NCBI RefSeq assembly: GCF_028641065.1
Contig: NC_073381.1
Span: 19,406,001 to 19,470,000, forward strand
Length of the DNA stretch: 64,000 nucleotides
Reading direction: 5' to 3'
From: Leucoraja erinacea
Lineage: Eukaryota
A program made the position numbers and the translations under genes. Positions 24,111 to 37,072 of this stretch are shown piece after piece (position 1 is the first letter of the stretch; each line of letters opens with the position of its first letter). The notes below the pieces were generated by a model. The model saw only the letters and a list, made by a program, of their open reading frames with translations. It was not told the DNA's origin and searched no databases.

Positions 24111-25942
24111 GGACAGTGGCAGAGTGGTGAAGGATGCTTTTCTGAATCGAAGCCTGTGACATATGGTGTTCCACAGGTATTGGTGCTGGGACCCATGCTG
24201 TTTGTGATAACATTTATAATTTGGATGTGAATGCTGGTAATTTGATTAGAGTGTTCACAGATGACAAGGAAGTTGGTGCTTTGTGGATAGTGAGAAAGTT
24301 TGTCTAAAGTGTCTTAGGTTATCTAAGCTGCAAGGTGATGCATTGTGAGAAATCAAATAAGGATTGATCAGCTACAGCACATGGTAGTGATGGTAGGCAT
24401 TGATAACCTTGGTGTTCAAAACCATAGTTCCCTGTAACCGATTATACACACAGATAGAGTAGTAAAGAAGGCTCATTTGCATGTTTACGTTCATAGGTCA
24501 GGGCATAGAATATAACATTTTGAAGTTCTGTTGCAACTTTACAAGACAGACTGTACAGATGCGGCTGGACTGGAGAGAGTGCAGAGGAGATTTACCAAGA
24601 TGTTGCCTGGGTTGGAGAATGTTAGTTATGGTGAAACATTGGACAGGCTAAGCCTGGTTTCATTGGAATAAAATAGATTATGGGGTGTCCTCAGAGTATT
24701 TAAAATAAAAGACATAATAAAGGGTAGATGGAACCCTTTTCCTATGCTAGGGTTATCAATATCAAGAGGACTTAGGTGAAAGGTAAGAGGAAGAAGTTTT
24801 AAAGGGAATCTGGGGACAAGATTTTGATTGATATCTGAAACTCACTGCCATAGGTGGTGTAATCTAATATAATTTACTGCATTTAAGAAACATTTAGACA
24901 GACACTTAAATAAGAAAGTCATAGAAGAAAATTAACCTAACGTGGGCACATGGGATTAGTGTGGATGGGTAAAAAGGTCGGCAGGAGATGGTGGCAGAAG
25001 ACCCTTTTCTAAGACTCTACTAAACTTCAAAGAGTGTCTGCCCAGTGTACTCGTTTTCCATCTTCAATCTAGTGAACCTTCATCACCGCTAGTGCAAGTA
25101 TATCCTGCCTTAAGACCAAAACTGCATGCAATATTCCAGATGTAACCTCACCAGAGACTAGTAAAGTGGTAGCAAAACTTCCTTTCTCCTGTAATATATT
25201 CCCCTCATAATGAGAGGCCACATTCTGTTTGCTTTTTTTTTGCTGGAAGACTGTGCTGCTTTTCCTCAAAATTGTGCCACAGGATCTTTACACCTGAAGG
25301 AGCAGACTCAGTTCAATGTTTCGTGTTCAAGTGGCAACCCGGCATGCATCACTCACGCAACATTGTACTCGAGTGTCAGCCTGAATTATGTGTTCCGATC
25401 TCTGGAGTGGAAAGTTCATGGAAATCAAAATCAATGGGGAACCCTGTATGGAGGACTGATAATGAGCAGCTGGTATAAAAATGGTTGATAAGGAATCTGG
25501 AAAAGGTATTCAGAAAGAAAAATAAAGCACATATTTAGTAAACACAAAATAAAATTCCGCTTTTATATTATTTCAAATAAAACCAATTCCTAAAATCCTA
25601 ACTGGAAAACATTGATTCTCAAGGAAGCATGTAATTACCTCAAATACAGACAGTGGTGATGTACATTTGAAGCTAGCCAGTGCTTTATTTAGACATAGCT
25701 TTGCAATATCATCCTGTCCCTTCACATCTGTATCTATGTTTGTGACACAGAAATCGCAGCAAAGTGCCTGCGATATATACAGTGCAATGCTATCACCAAT
25801 GTACAAACCAGGAGAGGTTGATATAATCTCCCCAGGCCTGGAAGATTAAAAAGCCACAAACCTCAGGAAGTTCAACAACTGCTTGGTTAACACCTCCAAC
25901 TCAGGATGAGAATGACACCAGAAGAGTGCAGTGTAAAGGTAA

Positions 25943-26167
25943 NNNNNNNNNNNNNNNNNNNNNNNNNNNNNNNNNNNNNNNNNNNNNNNNNNNNNNNNNN
26001 NNNNNNNNNNNNNNNNNNNNNNNNNNNNNNNNNNNNNNNNNNNNNNNNNNNNNNNNNNNNNNNNNNNNNNNNNNNNNNNNNNNNNNNNNNNNNNNNNNNN
26101 NNNNNNNNNNNNNNNNNNNNNNNNNNNNNNNNNNNNNNNNNNNNNNNNNNNNNNNNNNNNNNNNNNN
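25943..26167. other. Assembly gap (225 N)
   Basis: Run of n. Confidence 1.
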
Positions 26168-26550
26168 CACTGGGCATGGGGTGAAGGAGCGAGCAGATGC
26201 CTTGGTGGGGAGGTAGAAGGGAGCACGGAGGGAGGGTGCGCTATCCCAGGAATGGGCAGCAGTGGGGGGCAAGTAACGGTTATAAAATAAAGATATCTTA
26301 GAGGGAAGAAAGTTTAGCAAAGGCAATCATTCTGTGAGCTGGAGAGTTGGAGGAGCGCAGGTGCTTTGGATGTTGAAGGGCAGGAGGAGATGGAGATCTA
26401 GAAGAGGCATAGGCAGATTTGGAAAGATGGTTGAGAGCTTTATCATCAATGTTTTGCTTAACCTGGAGGCAACCCACATCAGCAAGCACGGGCTAATGTG
26501 AATGGGACTTGTTGTAAGTAACGACACGGAGGGCAGTTTTTGATGATCTG
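26168..26550 (-). mobile_element. Degenerate L2 LINE 3' fragment
   Basis: The reverse strand gives HISP.LAD...L.VKQ.ID.K and a later ..WDS.P.SLR motif. Confidence 0.6.
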
Positions 26551-29500
26551 ATCGATAGAGAGCAGCATCAGGATCCCTGCATCATCTACAAGGCACAGCC
26601 ACTTGCCAAGGATTTTTGGGGTGCACACCTCCAAGGGCAGCATTTAAACATGACCACTGCAAGCAGCAAGCTTTCTTTCGAGTGACACATCATCCAAACC
26701 TACAAATACAATGCTCGTCCTTTGTGATTGCCAAGTAAATGTTGTGTTACACCCTGCACCAAAGGACTAGCTCTAACAGTGTTTTCAATGGTTGTACAAG
26801 GGAGTTTATCTTTACCTTCTCTAGACCAATAGTTGTGAACCATATAGAAGAACTACAATAATCAGCTATGTGAGCATTTGGGATCTTGATGGCTTAGCCT
26901 GTAATGTTCGCAGCAGTCCTTCTTACTCACTATGCTTCCTGATTTCCGTGCTCACTTCCCATTCGTCAGCACCTTAGTAACGGCGCTCCTCGTCCACTCA
27001 CCAGGGCCCCAGGTCGCACACTTCCTTTGGACTCATAGGGGGGCCCCACTTTTCCACACACCGGGAGCCGTGGTTCCCACACTCCCTTCCAATTCACCGG
27101 GGATCACACTCAATTCCCATTCATTGGGTCCTTTGCTTGTGCCCTAACTAATGCTGAGCCTTAACCCGTCCTTAAAACTGATCAGGGCACATCCCGCCAT
27201 ATTGTCATTTCATAGAACTGCCCTCAACTACTACTTTATAACCTCCACCCTTTTCTTCACATCCATACAGATCAAAAGTGAACTTGCTGCAAGGATAATG
27301 TTTGTGTGGCCTTTCCATAACTCTTTTGCACAAATGTTAATAAAACCAGCAAGTTGTCCGTCATTAATAGCATTCAGTTGGATCCTCTGGCTTAACTACT
27401 AAATTGTTTCCACAATATTTCTGTGATATCAATGTTAAGCACATGCAAAGCTTGGATTTGTAAAGCCTGAATTTAAATATTTCCACACCTTTCACTTTTA
27501 ATAATTTGCATTTCTTTTCATTCTCAATAACCTTTGCGGTGCTGTTTAATACTGTGGTGCTTCATATCAGTTCTCAACAATTGCCAAGATTGATTTTGAC
27601 TGAAGTCATTTCTATAAATTATTTATACACCTTCCTCATGGTTGGATTCGGGCCATTGTTCCTGTGGTTTGTTACATTTCCTTTTGAATTACAATTGAAA
27701 TAATATTATAAGATAAGCATTTCCTGGCACTGTTGAAATAATCAATTAAGTAGCTATATTAATTTAATCTTCCTATTTATTGAATTTATTGTTTGTGATG
27801 TAACTGTAAAACAATGATTATAATGAGCCCTCATTGTTAAATAGAATAAATAATGCTATTCATGTCAAAGCTGTCAGCTCCACCCTATATTCAGGTCAGG
27901 TCAAGTGACAGATCTGACATGTATTCTTTGCAGCCGAGCTAAAATATGCATTCAGTCTGCAGTATATTGGGACTGGCTTTCATTAGGTCATTCATTGAAT
28001 TAGTCTGCCATAAAGGAGTCTGTGCTGCTCTTATTACATCACAACACACATTTTTGACAGATTTGGGGAACCTGCTACATACAATAAAATTTTGGAAATA
28101 TGACTCGGCTTGCTTTGACAACAAAATTTTAATCCCTTGCAATTAACTTATCACAAATTTCATTTGAGGGATTATAATCTTGTCCTCAGACATTTTTCTT
28201 TATTTTTGCTCATTTAAAAATAAGAGTAAGAAATTCACACTGGAAGTGACTGTTATATTCCATCTGTAGATGTCCACCTTACTTTTTGGGGGAGTGAGGG
28301 AAGGCAGGCTGAACAGCTTCTAATTGCATTCTCTTGTCTCTGTGAGCACCATTGTTGTCCACAGGGTTCACAATTCTCGCAGTCCAAAGGGAGTAATTAA
28401 CATAAACCGCTCGAGGGCTGGTTAGGTGGGGGAGGTGGTTCAGTACAACCAGGGCAGAAATAAAAAGAAATCAATCAGAAATTAACAGCATTGTTTTACA
28501 ATGTAGCTCAATCAATAAAAGTCATCAATTTAAATTGTGTTTTAGGATTTCCGTTTTGATTTCTGCATGCTATTTATTTGCAAAAAAAAATTATCCTGTG
28601 TTCGTGTCAAAGTGATCCAGTTTTGTTAGTACCAAGGAAAGAATATATAAAATAATGAATGAGTGAATGGGCTTCCTGTTTACCTTTATTTGAAAAGACC
28701 CACACAATGTAGTGTATACATTTTTGTAAAGTTGATTAAACAGTCAATGCCCCATGTGAAATTGTTGCTGATGGCTACACAAAGCACACGGATTGCACTG
28801 AGACCAGAGGGCAAAAACAAAAAATTATCACCGCTATTGCACATTGTGCCAACATACCAGTACAGGTTGCCTTTCATAAAAACAGGAGGGAACACTAGGC
28901 AACAACTGCTTAACAGACAGTAGATGTAGCCTGCACCAGCACTCCGTATAGATCCTGCTGAGATTTGGTGTGAACATGGATAAGTGCTTGAAGGTTTAGA
29001 AATGCTATCCCAGTCAAATAATTTGAGGGAAATAAAAAAAAAATAATGTATAGCTCTCTGAAGGGGTAAAGTACAATTTTATTATAATATCATACCACGG
29101 GTTTTTTTCCCACTTCAACAGAACCGGCTCAACTTGAATTTTTCCTTCCTAGTAGAATCAACTTGCATAGTACTCATTTATGAATCATCTTGGGAAGAGT
29201 TATTTTTGTATACTATAGGAGTCATTATATTGTAAAACTGCTATTGGGAATCAATAATACATAGCTTATATCCACACATGCTATTATAACAAAACCCGCA
29301 AAGGCAGCGCGGCAAATTGTGGGATTTTTCGTGGTGCAAATTGGTTGCAGTGTTTTCCCACATTCCAAGTAAGCACACTTCAGAAATGTTTCATTGGCAG
29401 GAGACCCTGGGACACTACATAAATACAACTTTTTTATCATTTTCCTTCAGCAGTGTCCCAAACTCTAATGGCAATGATTCTGACTGCTTTTTGTAACGTC

Positions 29501-30171
29501 GCAACAGTTCTCACACAATTACTTCAAAAGGAGTGTCTGTTCTCAAGGAAAGAGAGATCCTCTGCCTTTTCCACCACTAGCCACAGCTGACCCTGAAAGA
29601 AGAATGAGGTTGAGAGAGCCTTTGCAGCATTGCTCAGAGGGTAATCCTCTGTAAATCTGGTATCCCCAGGGTTCAAACTGCAGTTAGTATGCCTGAACTG
29701 GTGCTGATATCTTTAAATGTACTCTTCCCCTCATCCCACTGTCTGGTAAACTGGGGCCTTTGAAATAAATGCACACATCATTCTATTGAGATAAATATTT
29801 ACACTTACAAAGATCACTTAACAAGCACATCCATAAATGAATATAGAAAACATCTGAGAACACTTTAAATTCTTCAATGGAATACAAATGGCTAAATAAA
29901 TCATCAGTGCAACTGCTGTCAAGGTTTACCTTTGATACCCCCTAAAGCTACACAGCAGTTCGACAATTCACAGCTGTCTCTCCTTCAGACAACTCACATT
30001 TTAGTTGCTAACCTACTGGGGTTGCTGTTTTAAATCCACCCTCAGAGTATTATGCACCCTTCAGCATTGCATACATTTAGCAAGCGAGCTTCATTTGCAG
30101 CCCCTTGTGTTGGCTGTGGCACCACAGAGGCAAAATTCCAGCAGTGCAATAGGAATTAATAAGAGTATTAC

Positions 30172-30429
30172 CTCACGCCATCTGGCAGCTTTCTGTCAAA
30201 GGAAGTACTGCGAGGGATAGCTGTGTGGACCTGCTGCAACATTTGCTGAGATTGTAGTCTTTCAGCTGCTCCTTGTATGGGGGAGGACCGGGAAACTGGT
30301 TGCCCTGCAGGAGTAGCTACTCGGTGCCATGTGGTGTTTCTTCTGAACGGGGTTTTGAACTCGCAAGGTGTGCCTTCATTGTCCACTTTGTATTCAACCA
30401 TTGGTATCCTGTACAGTTCTGAGCAGCCT
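30172..30429 (-). CDS. sipa1l2: SIPA1L2 coding exon directly downstream of the PDZ domain (GCSELYRIPMVEYKVDNEGTPCEFKTPFRRNTTWHRV...IPRSTSFDRKLPDGVR)
   Basis: Acceptor ttctttgttgggcag and donor AG|gtaat; 258 nt, phase 2-2. The peptide matches remembered vertebrate SIPA1L2 (TPFRRNTTWHRV, PRSTSFDRKLPDG). Confidence 0.93.
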
Positions 30430-31177
30430 CTGCCCAACAAAGAATATTTGGTTTGTTAGATGAGGGCATAATAACCTTGACTACGGTACAACCACCCAAC
30501 CCCCACCTTTAGAAATAATCGGAACAAAATAATGAAACACAGAACACGGTTTACACTGCTGTACAATAGGGGTGATTTTGTTTTCCATGATTAAAGCAGA
30601 CCTCACAACACCTATAGATGCAGCTGGCTGGTCTGACTGTGCTGCAGGGACCCATGCGGCTCCAGATTTAACCCTATGAATAACACACAATAAACCCAAG
30701 CGTGCAGAGTAAAATATATTCATCAACAAATTTCTGCCGAGACCAGTGCTGAAGGAAAAACTGTCAGAAGCAGTGATTTGAATGTGTTGGGTTATTTATG
30801 GTGTACCATAGATACAAAACATATTGCTGAATCAATGAATAAGCTGAGGCCTTGTTTATAACTATACTTTTGTCCTCTCAGTGTGATAAGCAGAGTGGGG
30901 GTTTGGGTGTTCGTGAAGAGAGGGGTTAAGACTCCCATATGTGACACATGGATAGCACCAACTACAAGATACCACAGCTGCTTCAGTTATATTTTTACCA
31001 TAAGTATGGGGGCACTAAATATGCTTACCATCTGAAAAATCATAACCCCTCATACCAAGTGAGTCAGCTGGACTTGTTTCTGAGCACAGCTAGACTTCAG
31101 CTATGATTTATGAATTCACTATAATCACCTATTGCTCAGTAAAAATATCTGAAAAAGTCAGACAAAACTTCCAGAAG

Positions 31178-31263
31178 TAGACACAAAGTACTGGAGTAAC
31201 TCAGTGGGTCTGACCTGCACCTGTATTTTTTTGTTAAACAGCACCTGCAGTTCCTTGTGTCTC
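31178..31263. mobile_element. Short Penelope-derived fold-back remnant
   Basis: agacacaaagtactggagtaactcag ... gcacctgcagttccttgtgtct. Confidence 0.55.
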
Positions 31264-31672
31264 CTGGAAGTTGAACTGTGGTTCAAGAAAATGAGAATGT
31301 GATCTTGATTTACCAAACCAGGCTGTGATGCAACCAGACACTTTGCACCTGAAGGTTTGATAGCATATTTGGTGACATACTGACTTTCCTCAGACTTCTT
31401 TATACGTTCATAAGTGATAGGAGCAGAATTAAGCCATTCGGCCCATCAAATCTACTCCACCATTCAATCATGGCTGATCGATCTCTCCCCCTTAACCCCA
31501 TTCTTCTGCCTTCTCTCCATATCCCCTGACACATGTACTAACACAATTTGAAGCATTGATGAGCATTCACTGCGACTGCATCAATGTGCTGTGCCCTAGA
31601 GATGTCTTCAAAGATATTCAAGTTTTTGACTCTCTCCACCATTGTCCTGTCAATTAATACAGGTTTGTAGAT

Positions 31673-33695
31673 CATAGAAACATACAAAATAGGTGCAGGA
31701 GTAGGCCATTCGGCCCTTCGAGCCTGCACCGCCGTTCAATATGATCATGGCTGATCATCCAACTCAGTATCCTGTACCTGCCTTCTCTCCGTACGCCCTG
31801 ATCCCTTTAGCTACAAGGGTCACATCTAACTCCCTCTTAAATATAGCCAATGAACTGCCCTCAGCTACTTTCTGGGGCAGAGAATTCCACAGATTCACCA
31901 CTATCTGTGTGAACATTTTTTTTCTCTCATCTCGGTCCTAAAAGACTCCCCCCTTATCCTTAAACTGTGACCCCTTGTTCTGGACTTCCGCAACATCGGG
32001 AACAATCTTCTTGCATCTAGCCTATCCAACCCCTTAAGAATTTTGTAAGTTTCTATAAGATCTCCCCTCAATCTTCTAAATTCCAGCGAGTACAAGCCGA
32101 GTCTATCCAGTCTTTCTTCATATGAAAGTCCTGCCATCCCAGGAATCAGTCTGGTGAACCTTCTCTGTACTCTCTCTATGGCAAGAATGTCTTTCCTCAG
32201 ATTAGGAGACCAAAAATGTATGCAATACTCCAGGTGTGGTCTCACCAAGGCCCTGTACAACTGCAGTAAAACCCCCCTGCTCTTATACTCAAATTCTTTT
32301 GCTATGAATGCTAACATACTATTTGCTTTCTTCACTGCCTGCTGCACCTGCATTCCTACTTTCAATGACTGGTGTACCATGACACCCAGGTCTCGTTGCA
32401 TCTCCCCTTTTCCTAATCAGCCACCATTCAGATAATAGTCTACTTTCCTGTTCTTGCCACCAAAGTGTATAACCTCACATTTATCCACATTATACTGCAT
32501 CTGCCATGCATTTGCCCACTCACCCAACCAAGTCACCTTGCAGCCTCCTAGCATCCTCCTCACAGCTAACACTGCCCCCCAGCTTCGTGTCATCGCAAAC
32601 TTGGAGATGTTGCATTCAATTCCCTCATCCAAATCATTAATATATATTGTAAATAGCTGGGGTCCTGGCACTGAGCCTTGCGGTACCCAACTAGTCACTG
32701 CCTGCCATTCTGAAAAGGACACGTTTACTCCTACTCTTTGCTTCCTGTCTGCCAGACAGTTCTCTATCCACATCAATACTGATCCCCCAATACCGTGTGC
32801 TTTAAGTTTAATAATCTCTTATGTGGGACCTTGTCAAAAGCCTTCTAAAAGTCCAGATATAACACAGCCACTGGTTCTCCCTTATCCACTCTACTAGTTA
32901 CATCCTCGAAAAATTCTATAAGATTCGTCAGACATGATTTACCTTTCATAAATTTATGCTGACTTTGTCCAATGATTTCACCACTTTCCAAATGTGCTGC
33001 TATCCCATCTTTAATAACTGACTTTAGTAGCAGTTTCCCCACTACCGATGTTAGACTAACTGGTCTGTAATTCCCCTGTTTTCTCTCTCCCTCACTTTTT
33101 AAAAAGTGAGGTTACATTAGCTACCCTCCAATCCTCAGGAACTACTCCAGAATCTAAAGAGTTTTGAAAAATTATCACTAATGCAACCACTATTTCTGGG
33201 GCTACTTCCTTAAGCAATCTGGGATGCTATCTGGCCTTTAATCCATTCAAATTACCTAACACCACTTCCCGACTAACCTGGATTTCACTCAGTTCCTCCA
33301 TCTCATTTGACCCCCGGTCCCCTGCTATTTCCAGCAGATTATTTATGTCTTCCTTAGTGAAGTCAGAACCAAAGTAGTTATTCAATTGGTCTGCCATTTC
33401 CTTGTTCCCAAATGATCAATTCACCTGTTTCTGACTGCATTTGTTTTAACTAATCTTTTTCTCTTCACATATCTATAAAAACTTTTAGTCAGTTTTTATG
33501 TTCTCTGCCAGTTTTCTTTCATAATCTATTTTTCCTTTCCTAATTAAGCCCTTTGTCCTCCTCTGCTGGACTCTGAATTTCTCCCAGTCCTCCGGTAGGC
33601 TGCTTTTTCTGGCTAATTTGTATGATTCATCTTTTGTTTTGATACTATCTCTAATTTCCCTTGATATCCATGGATGCACTACCTTACCTGATTTA
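31673..33695 (-). mobile_element. Young CR1 LINE (about 2 kb, disrupted RT)
   Basis: GKSCLTNLIEFFEDVT, YLDF, VPQGSV.GP, VRPHLEYC motifs; the 3' kilobase is a close reverse complement of 9601-10636. Confidence 0.95.
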
Positions 33696-33845
33696 TCTTT
33701 GTATTATCCTTCCAGAAATCACCTCCTTCGTCATGCAAATGTTAGAGCACAATTGTTGTTCTGGTACCATTTAATCAGATTATTAATCTCCAAGATTTGA
33801 AAATCTAATTTTCAAAGGCCCACACCACCCTGGCCATGCTCTCAA

Positions 33846-34830
33846 AGAGTCATAGAGTGATGCAGTGTGGAAACAGGCCCTTCGGCCCAACTTGCCCACA
33901 TGAGCTACACCAGTCCCAGCTACACTAGTCCCATCCTGCCCTCCCCTCCCCCACGACCCCCCTCCCCCACAACCGATCCCGCCCCCCAACCCCCCCACCC
34001 CCACAACCCTCCCCCCCCCCCCCCCCCCGCCCCCACAAACCCTCCCTCCTGGCCCCACAATCATTGGAGAACGGGTTGCGTTGGGGGAACGGGTGTGGTG
34101 GAATATTGCATTGGGGAATGGGTTGCGTTGGGGGACCAGGCCTCCCCTGTGACTGGGACCCAACGGGTCCCACTTAGTCTAGTGATTTTATACACCTCTA
34201 TAAGATCAGCCCTCATCCTCCTATGCTCCAAGGAATAGAGTCCCAGCATCCTCAACTTTTCCCTCTCCCTATAGCTCAGACCCATCTAGTCCTGGCAATA
34301 TCCTCGTCAATCTTCTCTGTACCCTTTCCAACTTCAAAATCTTTCCTATAACATGGTGCCCAGAACACAATACTCTAAATGCGGCCTCACCAACGTCTTA
34401 TACAATTGCAACATGACCTCCCAACTTCTATACTCAATACCCTGACTGATGAAGGCCAATGTGCCAAAAGCCTTTTTGACCACCTTATCTACCTGCGACT
34501 CCACCATCAAGGAACCATGAACCTGCACTCCTAGATCCCTCTGCTCTGCATTTCTACCCATTTAGAAATCTCTCCTTGGATCCCATGCAATTTAACCTTC
34601 CAGAGCAGCCTACCATGCGGAACCTTGTCGAATGCTTTATTGAAATCCATATACAACATCTACACCTACAGCTCTGCCCTCATCGAGCTTTTTGGTCACG
34701 TCTTCAAAAAACTCAGATTTGTGAGACACAACCTCTCATGTACAAAACTATGTTGACTATACCTATTCAGCTCTTGTCCATTTAAATGTCTGGATATCCT
34801 ATCCCTCAGAATACTCTCTAGTAACTTTCC
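33846..34830 (-). mobile_element. CR1 fragment with an internal insertion/deletion at about 33940-34182
   Basis: EQRDLGVQVH, VRPHLEYCV, RRMRADLIEVYKI; tail at 33846-33935. Confidence 0.85.
33940..34182 (+). mobile_element. Probable non-autonomous Helitron 3' end
   Basis: Hairpin TGGGACCC-aac-GGGTCCCA (34154-34172), 6 nt spacer, terminal CTAG (34179-34182) followed by host T; no TSD. Confidence 0.65.
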
Positions 34831-35280
34831 GTCTCACTACCATTGGGAAAAATGTAAAGGTGGCTGAAAACCATTAACTTCAAGTTTTCCAGAAATCTAG
34901 CTGTTGAACACAACACTAACTACCTCAGCCACCATGATCTGATCTACTGTGGATTTTGTTTGGGGTGCACTGCATACTTTGGCTCTGCACTAGTATGCTC
35001 TGGTTACCTTGTGTTACTGATTAATAATTTATTGTATTCATGATATCCATTTGTGTGTTATCGCTTTAATGGGCCTGTAACGCTGCAGCAAGTAGGCATT
35101 TCATTGTTCTGTTGCCCAGTACACATGACAATTAAATATTCTTGACTTTTGAGATCTTCTCCCCATCATACACCAGTTAAAGCAGACATCAACAAAGCTA
35201 CTAACAAGTAATGAAAATTTGCCTTGATGCGCACTGTTCCAGCATAGATCTTATGAAATCAAACTACTCAAATGGTAGTC

Positions 35281-35368
35281 ACCAAATGCTGAAGTGACTC
35301 AGCGGGTCAGGCAACTTCTATGGAGAGAAGGAATAGGTGACTTTTCGGAACGAGACCCTTTCTTCAGT
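35281..35368 (-). mobile_element. Penelope-derived short element, degenerate
   Basis: actcagcgggtcaggca...ggaataggtgacttttcggaacgagaccctttcttcag. Confidence 0.7.
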
Positions 35369-35440
35369 GTTAGGTGCAAGCACAGTCTCTAGACCAGCTT
35401 AAAATCAACAGATGTGTAAAATAAGGTGAACACGACTGTT

Positions 35441-35760
35441 GTGTTAAAGAAATATCTGCAGATGTTCGAAAATCGAAGGTACACAAAAATGCTGGAGAAA
35501 CTCAGCGGGTGCAGCAGCATCTATGGAGCGAAGGAGATAGGCAACGTTTCGGGCCAAAACCCTTCTTCAGACTGATGGAGGGTGGGGGGAGGCGGGGAGA
35601 AGAAAGGGTAAAGGAGGAGGAGGAGCCCGAGGGCTGAGGGAGAGGTAGGAAGGGGAGGAGACAGCAAGGGTTAACGGAATTGTGAGAATTCAATGTTCAT
35701 GCCGCCAGGATGCAGACTCCCCAAGCGGAATATGAGGTGCTGTTCCTCCAATTTCCGGTG
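35441..35760 (-). mobile_element. Penelope-like element 3' end: GIY-YIG endonuclease C-terminus, UTR and hammerhead-bearing pLTR
   Basis: 35760-35671 translates to HRKLEEQHLIFRLGSLHPGGMNIEFSQFR*, the typical PLE E..I..L....P.G.N ending; CTGAAGA-aGGGTTttGGCCC-GAAACGTT follows at 35570-35543. Confidence 0.88.
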
Positions 35761-35824
35761 TAACTGTCCTCCAATTTCAGGTGTAACAGTCTCATCAATG
35801 ACTGTTGATGAGAAACCGCTAATC

Positions 35825-36005
35825 TAGTTTGGATATTGATTGAATGATATAGAATGGAAACGCCTTCGGCTCACCAACTCCATGCCGACTATCGATCACT
35901 CATTCATGCTAGTTCTGTTATCCCACTTTTACATCCGTACCTACCAGGGGCAATTTATAGAGGCTAATTAACCAACAAAACCATGTGTTTCGAATGTAGA
36001 AGGAA
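35825..36005 (-). mobile_element. V-SINE 3' fragment
   Basis: ccttcggctcaccaactccatgccgac...ggcaatttatagaggctaattaacc. Confidence 0.6.
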
Positions 36006-37072
36006 ATTTTCAAACAATTCTTTGTAATTATATTTCCTAATGGAGTATGGCACCACTTTTCATCAAATCGTCAAAATCAGGATGGATTTGTGGCTTGTTC
36101 TGATTAGCTGCTACCAAGTCAGAAAATTCCTGAGGAATTTCCTCTTGGTATATGTCACCCAGCTCGATGCCCAGCTTTGCCTCTCCCATTAGCAAGACCA
36201 AGGTTGGAAGATGGTCCTGTGAAATATCAGGAGCATCAACACATAATGATCATTATGGCACAAACACAAAGCTTGATAAACATTTGTAGCAGCAGTCATG
36301 CAATCTAGAGTACAACTTTAAGAACTTACAATTATTCTCCCTTTTAAAATGAGTAAAAACAATAAATATCCATTTTTTAATGGACTTTTTTTTGTAAGCA
36401 TTGTATAATCTGTTAAACCATTGGGAAGGAAACCATCTGCAATGACAACAAAATGCAGGGCTCATTATGCAAGTGGTACTGAGAATACCCTGGATCATTA
36501 GTTTCTCTTCATTGTTGCAGCTGGTAAATCCTTTGAACCAAAACCCTGACTAAATAATTATAATTTGTTCCAAAATCTCAGGGATCGAAATAGTGAACTT
36601 GGTTTGAAACAATTTGATTTCTAAAAGTAGACTCTTTCTAATCTTTAATAGACTAATGGCATCCAATTCAAAATATCAAAAAATGTATTTGCACTGAGAG
36701 GGTATGGATTAGTGAGGGAAACAGTGCAGGTGTAACATAGAGATGGACAGAAGTAACTGAAGTACAGAGAGAGACAGAAATACTGGAGAGACAAGGGGAG
36801 ACAGAAAGATAGGATGCAAAGCGAGACAATAAAAAATAATATAAGAGAAAGACAATGACAGAAAAGGGGAATGGCAGAGAGCGAGGGTGGAAAAATTACA
36901 AAATATAATCCTGGATTCAGAAAACAGAAGGTCCCATATTAGCAAATCCTGGAAGATTGTGCAGATAACAGAGAACTCAAGATGATTATTTGAAAACAGC
37001 AATGAAGGAATACCAAACCAAATCATAGTAGGTTGTAACTACTGGGTGACAAATATTCCCCAATTCTATTAA

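Larger units (their letters stand above)
22160..25015 (+). mobile_element. Old fragmented CR1 hosting PLE and Rex1 insertions
   Basis: DKSP.PD.IYP..L, VP.G..LGP.LF, LERVQRRFT.MLPG remnants flank the inserts. Confidence 0.7.

Noticed and set aside
25846-26326. ORFs containing X runs
   Set aside because: Artefacts of the 225-N assembly gap.
33783-34238. Gly-rich and Pro-rich ORFs
   Set aside because: Translations of a low-complexity C-run tract inside repeats.
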